A DNA stretch of 64,000 nt from Schmidtea nova (Eukaryota). Below are positions 25,584 through 36,400 of this stretch, one piece after another. A program made the position numbers and the translations under genes. Under the pieces are notes generated by a model. That model was given only the letters and a program-made list of their open reading frames with translations. It was not told the DNA's origin and did no database searches. Location: the NCBI GenBank assembly GCA_044892505.1, contig CM097883.1:283030001-283094000 (forward strand). The letters run 5' to 3'. Each line of letters starts with the position of its first letter. The stretch's first letter is position 1.

Positions 25584-28500
25584 TCAAGTGTATAGTTCTA
25601 CAGAAAAATTTGGTTTCGCGACTTGTATTTTCTTTTTCAAGCTTTCGTACTTGGTCAAATTATCTTTATCTACATTTTCAAAATTAACCAAAGAGTCAAA
25701 AGGACATTTTATATCAACCATAAGAATGATCTTTTTATCATTGTTTGTTATTATTAAATCAACTCGTTCATTAGAATCAGATACATAAGAACAAGTGTGA
25801 TCTACAACTACAATCAGTGAAGGATCTTTCAAATGATTTACAATCTGTTGAAGGCATTCATTGTGTCGCCTAAGTGCTAAGGTTTGATGAACTTTACACA
25901 TTTGCAGAACATGAGGTAAAGTTTCCTCTGCGCTATGACAACGTCTACATAACCTATCCTCAAGCTTCCTTTAAGACTTTGAAAAATTGGCCAACGTGTT
26001 TGTTCGAGCACGATGAATGAATCTCCAGGAACTTTCACGCAATTCCCCTCTAAATATTGCTTTATTAATTTTAGGCGATAAACTAAATGTTATAGAGCCA
26101 CTAGTATTACTATTTTTCCATTTAGTAAAGTAAGAGTCAGAAAGAGCAAGGTGAAAGATTTTAGATATTGAGCGTCTGTCTAAGCAGGTTAATATGATTG
26201 TTCCTTTTTCAATTGTTGTCAGACGAATAATAGGCTCATTCTTCAATACTTCAAACGATATTGAAATGTTGTGCATTTTTTCAAAAAATTGAATGGCTGT
26301 TCTTGGCCGATAGAATCTTGTTTTCTTACCATAATGTAGTCTAACATTATCAGCTCCATTAAGCCAGTTAAAGCTATCCTGGAGTGATGGGTTATTCTTT
26401 CCAAGTCGAGGTCCAGTTACGTATTTTAAGGAATCCAAATTAATCTTTTTGGTAAAAGGACAGTTTGATGTAAAAAGGCGGAAGAAATGACTTAATGTTT
26501 GTGTATGATATTCATCGAGAAGATCAGTACAAGATGCTCCTCCATTTTCAATTGAGTTATAAAAATAACTGATTTCAGAATGACCAGACAAACTCATCAT
26601 CTTTCTCAAATGACTACAAAGTTTTGTTGTACTGTTTCCAACATTAGCTGAAAGAGCACTAATTTTAATTTCTCTTGTTCTAAAAGGAAATATTAGACGC
26701 GAGTGTAGAAAAACCTTGTAAGCTTTCAGCTTTTGCCAACCATACAAGTCTGAGTCGGCAAGCTTTTTTGCATCACTGACTACCTTATCAAGTATTTCAT
26801 AAGGACTTTGGTCAGCATCTTCACCTACTGGTACTCCAAGATATTGATAAAATTCTTTAGTTAATAATTTCTTGATGTTTATTTTATCAATAGTAATTTC
26901 ACTCACTGTGTCCACACTCGGCAGTTGAATGTATGCACATTTTTCAGGTCGATATTTAAAGCCTATTTCAGATGCAGTGTCGTACGCAATATTTATAATC
27001 GTTTGCAAGTCCTTAGCATTATTAGCAATAAGAGCAATATCGTCAGCATATGCAAGAACTTGTATTGAAGATTCACCAATTCTAAAAGGACTGACATTTG
27101 AAAGACTAACCGCTTGAAGAACAGGATTGATTGCAATAGCAAACAAGACCATTGAAAGAGGACATCCTTGTTTGACTCCTTGTTTTATTGCAATGTTTGG
27201 TGTTACAATCGGACCACAAGTATAGAAAGAGCTAGTATCAGTGTACAAAAGTTTTAAAATCCTAGTAAATTTCTCACTCATTCCAATATGACGCAAAATT
27301 GCCCACATGTAATCATGAGGTACACTACCAAAGGCGTCCTTAATATCAAGAAATGCAATAGTTAAAGGTTTATTTTTACTGTATTTCGAATGTTCAAGAC
27401 AAGATGAAAGTATGGAATTGTGTTCAACACATCCATCATGAACAGAACCTCCTTTTTGTCCAACATGAAGAACATTATTTAGATTTACTCACACTGTCAA
27501 ACGTCTAGCTAAAATTGATGAGAATATTTTGTAGACAACAGATAAAAGAGCAATCGGACGCCAAGAAGAGATTAAAGTATATTTATCACCCTTGTTAGGT
27601 TTAGGAATCATTAACGTTTTGAAGGATTTCCAAACGTCTGGAATTGTATTTTCCCTAATGATTTTATTAAATAAAAAGGTCAACAATGTACCCTCTGGAT
27701 CAAGAATTTCAACGTCCTTATATTCAATTCCATCAAGCCCAGGAGAAGTATTATCAGCGTTTTTCAACTCATAGAGTACCTCCTTTTCATTGATCAAATT
27801 CAAATTTAGAATATTTAAAGATTTAATTGCAAATTTAAAAATATTGTCATAATTCTTTGAAGTTGGATCTCTATGACTAAAATTATCTATGTGATCTTTA
27901 ATTGTTGGCCTATCCTTTATGTCGTCACTCATAAATATTTTATTTATTGTCTTTTTCATATTTTTATTAAAAGATGACGTCAAATTAATTTTAGATGGCT
28001 TGTCGTTATTTGTTTTGTTTCCCAAGTATGGCCTACGTAATTTAGTTAAATTGGATACTTCTTTACTTTTTGCAATAGTACTAATAATAAATTCCGCTAT
28101 TTCGTTAACATTTGAATTTTGTAGATTTAACAAATGCTCATTTATTAAAATTATACGTTGATTTATTTTAAGTTTAACATGTTGTTTTTCAATTTGTAAA
28201 GCCGTTAATGGAATTTCCATACATTCTTTTACAGGTGGTAAGAGAGAATTCACAACATTACCAATGTCATGTAAATTAATGTTTTCAAGAGACAAGTCTA
28301 GAGCGTAGTGCTTGATGAAAGCACAGATGAGAACCCTGCTTACAAGACCAGAACCTCGAACATCATGTGGACAATTACCAGCTTTACTACAAAGACCAGG
28401 AGATTCTCTTATTTCATTGATTTTAGTTAATAAGGCTTTAGCAGTAGATAAATAAGAAGCATTATTCTGTAACGTTGTTGGGTTTAATAAATAATGTTCA

Positions 28501-29975
28501 TTATTGTTGTAGTCGATGACAAGCAGAATATGTTGAGCTTGTGGTGGAGCAATAATTGAAAAAACAACTTGTGCTTTAGTTAGAAGATCAATATTTAAAA
28601 AATCATTCAAATATTGAGTGCAGTCATCTAATATTGCAGTGCAAATTGTATTATTTAAAAATATGAAATTTTCACACAAATTTAAATTATTAAAATAATT
28701 TGTTAAAATATTATTTGTTATTTTAAAATTTAAAAAGTTTAGATTTATTGCCACTTCACCAAGTATTTTTGAATGAATAATGCCAAGTTTTTCAATTACT
28801 CTGTCTCTATTGCAAATAGATCCTGAAATATAGTGCTCCAAAAACAGTATGAAGGTCGTGGCATGTTCTATTGGATCATCAGAAAACATTGAAGTTCGAA
28901 AAAGAGTGTGACGATGTTGTTGAAATTTTATTGAATTTTCAAAGATAAATTTATTTAAATAATCAGTTATATTTTCTCCAATTCCTAACAATCTTTCAGT
29001 TATATTCGTAGAACGAACGTCAAAAATATAACTGCAGCCAAGACTAATAGAACAAAGAAAAAGACGCCAATAATTATCATTTGGAATAATACTAATGATA
29101 ATCCGAATATCCTTAAATTGTTTAAAAGTCACATTCTCTCTTATATAAATATTATTTTGATTAATCAAATTAATTGTTAGTTCAGGAGAAAATACAAGCA
29201 CGCTTGGATCGTTTTGAAACCATTTATTTAAGAGTGTAGAAACACAAGCTTTCTCGTTTGTAAGTTTTATTGGTTTAGCAATGTTGTTATTTTGCTGAGT
29301 ATTCTTTTTAAACGCCTTTGCTTTTTTTAAATTAATTTTATTAAGGAAATGATTCTTTGGCAATCCACCACCCGATAATTTGACATTGTGATTTGATTGA
29401 CCTTTTTTAAAATCGTGGATCTGTTCCCTAATATTCAAGATAAAATCATCAGGTAAACATTTCCATTCACCACTAACAATCATTGCGTATGCACAAATAA
29501 AAGGACCACAATCAAAATCATTATTTTGATATTTGAGATTTTTAATTGGATTGTCAGTTATTTGGTTGTGACGTTTAAATTTATTATTTAATACCGAGTT
29601 TATTTTTAGGGCACTAATTTTGCTGTCTAATCTATTCCTATAATTAAAGATTGGATCAATAAAATAAGAAGTCAAAGAAGTCTTGCAATAAACAAACAAG
29701 ACCCAATGGCAATTGTTAATATTGAGAGGACACAATATGACTTGGGCTTCAAAAATTGTTTGAGGTATCGGAAAAATAACATCGGTCATATTTGAGCATA
29801 AAATACTTACAACAAAACATTTAATGAAAGCAAAACTAGGGTTCCTGATGTGACGTTCAAAGAAATAGTCAATGTCATCATCAGTGAACCAACATTTTAA
29901 ATCATGAATGTCAAGAGTGCATTCTGCATCAGTCTCGTCAGACAATGCAGTACATGTAGAGGCTGATGCAGGCAC
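25584..29975 (-). pseudogene. Lineage-A ORF2, copy 1 (two internal stops, truncated RLE)
   Basis: ORFs 27489-29975, 25971-27308, 25584-25901 are one frame broken by stops. Confidence 0.92.
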
Positions 29976-29984
29976 ATCCCATCA
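29917..29984 (-). promoter_or_regulatory. Putative UGA readthrough signal, lineage A copy 1
   Basis: AAA TGA TGG GAT GTG CCT GCA TCA G...CTGATGCAG AAT GCAC. Confidence 0.65.
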
Positions 29985-32303
29985 TTTGGTGATCGCCTTT
30001 GATAATTTAACGTCTTTTCTAGTAGTCATCTTTCTACTGTCTGTATTTTTAATTGGCACACAAGATGTATTCTCCGCATCAATATCAGTTTCTAAAAGAG
30101 TCGGTTTAATGATACCTGTATTATTTGAATCTACGACATTGGAGCTAACGCTAACATCTTTACAAGTGTCTTTAGAAATTTCAATAACATCAACAGATTC
30201 ACTACTAGTCAGAAGATTTTCAAGAGAGTCAACAAGATCAAAGATAACCGAAGTCATTTCAGTATTACAAATTTTACGACATTTAATTGGAACCTGAAAA
30301 TCATCTATGTTCTTGTTCAAAAATCTTTTCTTGTCTCTTATTATAAAATATATCAGTCGTTTAGCCTTGATAATGTTAATGTCATCACACTCAGAACGGA
30401 ATTCATTAATATGTGAAAAGACAGAGTCTATTGCATTCAGTTGATCAATTTTTAGGGGAAACAAGTTATTAATTAAATTTAAAAATTTATTAATTTTTTT
30501 AATTGTATCTTTTGAAATTATATTTTTTAATTTATCAATCTCGCAGGTCAGCATCCATCGTTTGAATTTTATTAATTTTTCCTGACAACTAATTCTAAAG
30601 TATGAAGTCGAAGGTATTTTTTCAACAAATTCAGAGCCCCATATTTCAAAAGAGTCAATAGTCAAGGAACCACATTTAACACAGTCTATAACCGAATGAA
30701 TAAGTAAGGAATTACGGAAATAATTGAAAACATAATCATCGTAATTAATATTGCTTGAAAATTTAATATCACCCTTTAAGTTTAGATAATTAATATAGTA
30801 GATTAATTCCACAATCTTAATGGAAGAAGCAGGTGATGATAAAAGTTGATCTAAATGCTTATCAGTTCTAGACATTTCAAACAAATCAAATAACCCAATA
30901 TTAAACATAATATCAGAGGCATGGCTAGAGTCAGCTTCTTTTATTGTAGGTTTACAATCAACAGTAAATTTACCATCTAAAAAAGAAATGTCCTTTGGAA
31001 AATCCTTATTTAATTTTAAACAATTAATTAAATCAATTAATTTTTCAGGATTCTTTGAAATATTTTCAATAAAAACCATTTCTTTTAGTTCAGGGTAATC
31101 AAGATAGAGTTTATTTATTTGTGATCTTGAAAGATTATTTGAAGTTAATTCAACACCGGCATTATGACAATTATCAGAAGTGGAAAAGTCTCTCATTATA
31201 AAGTCACCGTCAATATACCTTATTTCTGATTTAACAAGAAAGTCTGGCAATTGTTTTTGTAATTTTAATAAATCTAAGGCTTTATTAATAACGCTTCCCT
31301 TTTGGATTTCATTTTTATTAGAGACGGTTTCTGCCAATTTGCTTGAGAGAGCAAATAAAAATTTCCTTATCGCTAAAGGTGCAGAAATCATTTTAGATGA
31401 AAGATTAATTGAATTTATAATATCGCAAATAAATGTTTTCTTACTACTTACAGAAATTGAATTTTGAGATATTTCAGTTTTAGTTTCAACTACTTTATGT
31501 TTTTGATTTTTAATAAGTTTAATTGAAACGCAGAAATTGCAATTTCGATAAAAGAAATGATCAACATCCTTAATACTCATGTTAAATTTTGAATTATTAA
31601 TAAGTGAGATTTCCTTGTCAATAAGATCAAATTTTAAAGTAGAATTTTTCATTTTAATTAAATCTTTAAGGCGTGGAAAATTATTCAATAATGTACGGCG
31701 CTCATTTTTTGTTAAAAGTCTAGGTAAGAAATTAAATTGAAAGTTATCAACTTTAACATTACGGGTACCCTTATTAACTGTGACTTTAAGAGATTTAACA
31801 GGTTTATTGAGAGGAGTCTGAAAATCATGGCTAATAACAGGGGCATCAGGAACATTAACAACTGCTTCAACAAAAGAATTATCAGAATTGATACATAAAT
31901 CATTTCTTGAAATAGGAACAAAAAGATTGTTATTTTTAGAAAAATCATTAATTGATAAATTATTACCAGAATCATAATTATTTAAAGAAACATTAGAAAC
32001 TTTAGTATTATCAAAACCATTAATGAAATCAGAGAAAATATTCAAATTACTCAAAATCAAATCAATTTTACCTTGAATTGAAATAAAATTCTTTTCCATC
32101 TGATCCAATCTCTTTGAAAGTCCTTCGTCAGAAGCAGGTTTTGAAAATTCAGTTGCAGTAATTGACTCCAAAATCGATTGATTTGAAATAATTTGATTTT
32201 TCAGAATATCAATTAATCCACGTTTTTGAAAATCTTGATTAATAATTACATGATTGCGCAATAGATCCTCATTAATTGGTTGCGTAATTTCAGTGTGCTT
32301 CAT
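29982..32303 (-). CDS. Lineage-A ORF1, 773 aa from MKHTEITQ, uncharacterised
   Basis: Open frame; homologous pieces in lineages B, C, D; no recognised domain. Confidence 0.85.
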   Translation of the reverse strand: MKHTEITQPINEDLLRNHVIINQDFQKRGLIDILKNQIISNQSILESITATEFSKPASDEGLSKRLDQMEKNFISIQGKIDLILSNLNIFSDFINGFDNTKVSNVSLNNYDSGNNLSINDFSKNNNLFVPISRNDLCINSDNSFVEAVVNVPDAPVISHDFQTPLNKPVKSLKVTVNKGTRNVKVDNFQFNFLPRLLTKNERRTLLNNFPRLKDLIKMKNSTLKFDLIDKEISLINNSKFNMSIKDVDHFFYRNCNFCVSIKLIKNQKHKVVETKTEISQNSISVSSKKTFICDIINSINLSSKMISAPLAIRKFLFALSSKLAETVSNKNEIQKGSVINKALDLLKLQKQLPDFLVKSEIRYIDGDFIMRDFSTSDNCHNAGVELTSNNLSRSQINKLYLDYPELKEMVFIENISKNPEKLIDLINCLKLNKDFPKDISFLDGKFTVDCKPTIKEADSSHASDIMFNIGLFDLFEMSRTDKHLDQLLSSPASSIKIVELIYYINYLNLKGDIKFSSNINYDDYVFNYFRNSLLIHSVIDCVKCGSLTIDSFEIWGSEFVEKIPSTSYFRISCQEKLIKFKRWMLTCEIDKLKNIISKDTIKKINKFLNLINNLFPLKIDQLNAIDSVFSHINEFRSECDDINIIKAKRLIYFIIRDKKRFLNKNIDDFQVPIKCRKICNTEMTSVIFDLVDSLENLLTSSESVDVIEISKDTCKDVSVSSNVVDSNNTGIIKPTLLETDIDAENTSCVPIKNTDSRKMTTRKDVKLSKAITK

Positions 32304-32378
32304 TGGGTTTTGAAATGAATTGGTTTGTAAAACTAAAAATAGCAAAATTGAAAATTGTTGAAAAAATCCAAAAAATTA

Positions 32379-32451
32379 TGCCCCGAGTGAGGATCGAACT
32401 CACGACCTTCAGATTATGAGACTGACGCGCTACCTACTGCGCTATCGAGGC
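32379..32451 (-). tRNA. tRNA-Met: tRNA-Met (CAT)
   Basis: Consensus array copy. Confidence 0.97.
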
Positions 32452-32621
32452 GTTAAGTAGAGTTACACTTTTCTTTTCGTATTCAATATATCTTATTCAA
32501 GTCAAAATCATGATGATGATTTATTGTCGAAATGATCTAGAAAAGTTGGGTTTTGAAATGAATTGGTTTGTAAAACTAAAAATAGCAAAATTGAAAATTG
32601 TTGAAAAAATCCAAAAAATTA

Positions 32622-32694
32622 TGCCCCGAGTGAGGATCGAACTCACGACCTTCAGATTATGAGACTGACGCGCTACCTACTGCGCTATCGAGGC
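32622..32694 (-). tRNA. tRNA-Met: tRNA-Met (CAT)
   Basis: Consensus array copy. Confidence 0.97.
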
Positions 32695-32864
32695 GTTAAG
32701 TAGAGTTACACTTTTCTTTTCGTATTCAATATATCTTATTCAAGTCAAAATCATGATGATGATTTATTGTCGAAATGATCTAGAAAAGTTGGGTTTTGAA
32801 ATGAATTGGTTTGTAAAACTAAAAATAGCAAAATTGAAAATTGTTGAAAAAATCCAAAAACTTA

Positions 32865-32921
32865 TGCCCCGAGTGAGGATCGAACTCACGACCTTCAGAT
32901 TATGAGACTGACGCGCTACCT
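32865..32921 (-). pseudogene. tRNA-Met: tRNA-Met nt 17-73, interrupted by lineage-A copy 2
   Basis: Same junction as 25531. Confidence 0.93.
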
Positions 32922-33419
32922 TTTAAAATTTTATTAATACAACAAGTTTTTTAATCTTTCTTTTTGAGAGGGCTCAGCTTGGAACCCGCCGTTCATTGAG
33001 TTTCTGCTCTAGAGAGACAAATTTCTTGTTTTTCGTAATTGAATTGTTGGAAGAAATATTGTCGTAACAGGCATCAATCTTTGAATGCTCTCTGGCTTCT
33101 CTGATGTTCTTCGGATAACAGTTCGGCTTTGCGCTTTCAGGTTTTTCAGGCTTATCTCTTGAAATTGGCAGATTTATTTAGATTGAATAATTTTAAGTAT
33201 GTCATTTTGGTTTGTAGTTCCATAGACTTTATATTCTTCATCAATCAGTTTTCGGTAATTCATTTCTCTGGAATAAAACAAAGTATTTCCTGACCAGGTT
33301 GACAGGTGTAGAATATATTTAATTATCAAAGTAATAATGATAAGATCATAAGCAAATAAACATTTATCTAATCTAAAAACAACAATGATAACGAAAATAT
33401 CTACAGTTTCTTTAAATAA

Positions 33420-36400
33420 TTAAACACTCGGAAGAATTCCTGTTGCATGAAAGTGCCATGTCTTTGCAGAATGTGAGATATTACTCAAAGCACATGCTTT
33501 CAAAAGACCATCTATTTTTCCGACAGGAACTCCCATTTTAGTAAGCAAATCATACGTGGCAGGTGGAACAGATCCTATTGAACTGATAATACAAGTGTAT
33601 AGTTCTACAGAAAAATTTGGTTTCGCCACTTGTATTTTCTTTTTCAAGCTTTCGTACTTGGTCAAATTATCTTTATCTACATTTTCAAAATTAACCAAAG
33701 AGTCAAAAGGACATTTTATATCAACCATAAGAATGATCTTTTTATCATTGTTTGTTATTATTAAATCAACTCGTTCATTAGAATCAGATACATAAGAACA
33801 AGTGTGATCTACAACTACAATCAGTGAAGGATCTTTCAAATGATTTACAATCTGTTGAAGGCATTCATTGTGTCGCCTAAGTGCTAAGGTTTGATGAACT
33901 TTACACATTTGCAGAACATGAGGTAAAGTTTCCTCTGCGCTATGACAACGTCTACATAACCTATCCTCAAGCTTCCTTTAAGACTTTGAAAAATTGGCCA
34001 ACGTGTTTGTTCGAGCACGATGAATGAATCTCCAGGAACTTTCACGCAATTCCCCTCTAAATATTGCTTTATTAATTTTAGGCGATAAACTAAATGTTAT
34101 AGAGCCACTAGTATTACTATTTTTCCATTTAGTAAAGTAAGAGTCAGAAAGAGCAAGGTGAAAGATTTTAGATATTGAGCGTCTGTCTAAGCAGGTTAAT
34201 ATGATTGTTCCTTTTTCAATTGTTGTCAGACGAATAATAGGCTCATTCTTCAATACTTCAAACGATATTGAAATGTTGTGCATTTTTTCAAAAAATTGAA
34301 TGGCTGTTCTTGGCCGATAGAATCTTGTTTTCTTACCATAATGTAGTCTAACATTATCAGCTCCATTAAGCCAGTTAAAGCTATCCTGGAGTGATGGGTT
34401 ATTCTTTCCAAGTCGAGGTCCAGTTACGTATTTTAAGGAATCCAAATTAATCTTTTTGGTAAAAGGACAGTTTGATGTAAAAAGGCGGAAGAAATGACTT
34501 AATGTTTGTGTATGATATTCATCGAGAAGATCAGTACAAGATGCTCCTCCATTTTCAATTGAGTTATAAAAATAACTGATTTCAGAATGACCAGACAAAC
34601 TCATCATCTTTCTCAAATGACTACGAAGTTTTGTTGTACTGTTTCCAACATTAGCTGAAAGAGCACTAATTTTAATTTCTCTTGTTCTAAAAGGAAATAT
34701 TAGACGCGAGTGTAGAAAAACCTTGTAAGCTTTCAGCTTTTGCCAACCATACAAGTCTGAGTCGGCAAGCTTTTTTGCATCACTGACTACCTTATCAAGT
34801 ATTTCATAAGGACTTTGGTCAGCATCTTCACCTACTGGTACTCCAAGATATTGATAAAATTCTTTAGTTAATAATTTCTTGATGTTTATTTTATCAATAG
34901 TAATTTCACTCACCGTGTCCACACTCGGCAGTTGAATGTAGGCACATTTTTCAGGTCGATATTCAAAGCCTATTTCAGATGCAGTGTCGTACGCAATATT
35001 TATAATCGTTTGCAAGTCCTTAGCATTATTAGCAATAAGAGCAATATCGTCAGCATATGCAAGAACTTGAATTGAAGATTCACCAATTTTAAAAGGACTG
35101 ACATTTGAAAGACTAACCGCTTGAAGAACAGGATTGATTGCTATAGCAAACAAGACCATTGAAAGAGGACATCCTTGTTTGACTCCTTGTTTTATTGCAA
35201 TGTTTGGTGTTACAATCGGACCACAAGTATAGAAAGAGCTAGTATCAGTGTACAAAAGTTTTAAAATCCTAGTAAATTTCTCACTCATTCCAATATGACG
35301 CAAAATTGCCCACATGTAATCATGAGGTACACTACCAAAGGCGTCCTTAATATCAAGAAATGCAATAGTTAAAGGTTTATTTTTACTGTATTTCGAATGT
35401 TCAAGACAAGATGAAAGTATGGAATTGTGTTCAACACATCCATCATGAACAGAACCTCCTTTTTGTCCAACATGAAGAACATTATTTAGATTTACCCACA
35501 CTGTCAAACGTCTAGCTAAAATTGATGAGAATATTTTGTAGACAACAGATAAAAGAGCAATCGGACGCCAAGAAGAGATTAAAGTATATTTGTCACCCTT
35601 GTCAGGTTTAGGAATCATTAACGTTTTGAAGGATTTCCAAACGTCTGGAATTGTATTTTCCCTAATGATTTTATTAAATAAAAAGGTCAACAATTTACCC
35701 TCTGGATCAAGAATTTCAATGTCCTTATATTCAATTCCATCAAGCCCAGGAGAAGTATTATCAGCGTTTTTCAACTCATAGAGTACCTCCTTTTCATTGA
35801 TCAAATTCAAATTTAGAATATTTAAAGATTTAATTGCAAATTTAAAAATATTGTCATAATTCTTTAAAGTTGGATCTCTATGACTAAAATTATCTATGTG
35901 ATCTTTAATTGTTGGCCTATCCTTTATGTCGTCATTCATAAATATTTTATTTATTGTCTTTTTCATATTTTTATTAAAAGATGACGTCAAATTAATTTTA
36001 GATGGCTTATCGTTATTTGTTTTGTTTCCCAAGTATGGCCTACGTAATTTAGTTAAATTGGCTACTTCTTTACTTTTTGCAATAGTACTAATAATAAATT
36101 CCGCTATTTCGTTAACATTTGAATTTTGTAGATTTAACAAATGCTCATTTATTAAAATTATACGTTGATTTATTTTAAGTTTAACATGTTGTTTTTCAAT
36201 TTGTAAAGTCGTTAATGGAATTTCCATACATTCTTTTACAGGTGGTAAGAGAGAATTCACAACATTACCAATGTCATGTAAATTAATGTTTTCAAGAGAC
36301 AAGTCTAGAGCGTAGTGCTTGATGAAAGCACAGATGAGAACCCTGCTTACAAGACCAGAACCTCGAACATCATGTGGACAATTACCAGCTTTACTACAAA

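Larger units (their letters stand above)
25532..32302 (-). mobile_element. Lineage-A non-LTR retrotransposon copy 1 (mosaic, extra stop, 617-bp 3' deletion)
   Basis: Same junctions as copies 2-3; TGG>TGA at 27489-27491; deletion joins 3' end to RLE region. Confidence 0.95.

Noticed and set aside
29908-30297. 129-aa + strand ORF (and copies at 37915, 46408, 55144) overlapping the ORF1/ORF2 junction
   Set aside because: Antisense to ORF1's S/T/D-rich tail; begins at a non-AUG codon and is not conserved in length or sequence in B and C.
32304-32345. ORF-track N-terminus MLFLVLQTNSFQNP for ORF1
   Set aside because: Starts at a TTG inside the tRNA spacer, and the same peptide appears wherever the spacer abuts an element (17311, 57473); not element-encoded.
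32379-32451. Array tRNA as initiator tRNA-Met or as a primer-binding site for an LTR element
   Set aside because: G1:C72 and TTC T-loop mark it as elongator; the elements have RLE, no integrase and no LTRs.
32975-33175. ~70-codon stop-free minus-strand stretch in the lineage-A 3' UTR (..KPEKPESAKPNCYPK..)
   Set aside because: No start codon, no counterpart in B or C 3' UTRs; could be chance or captured sequence.
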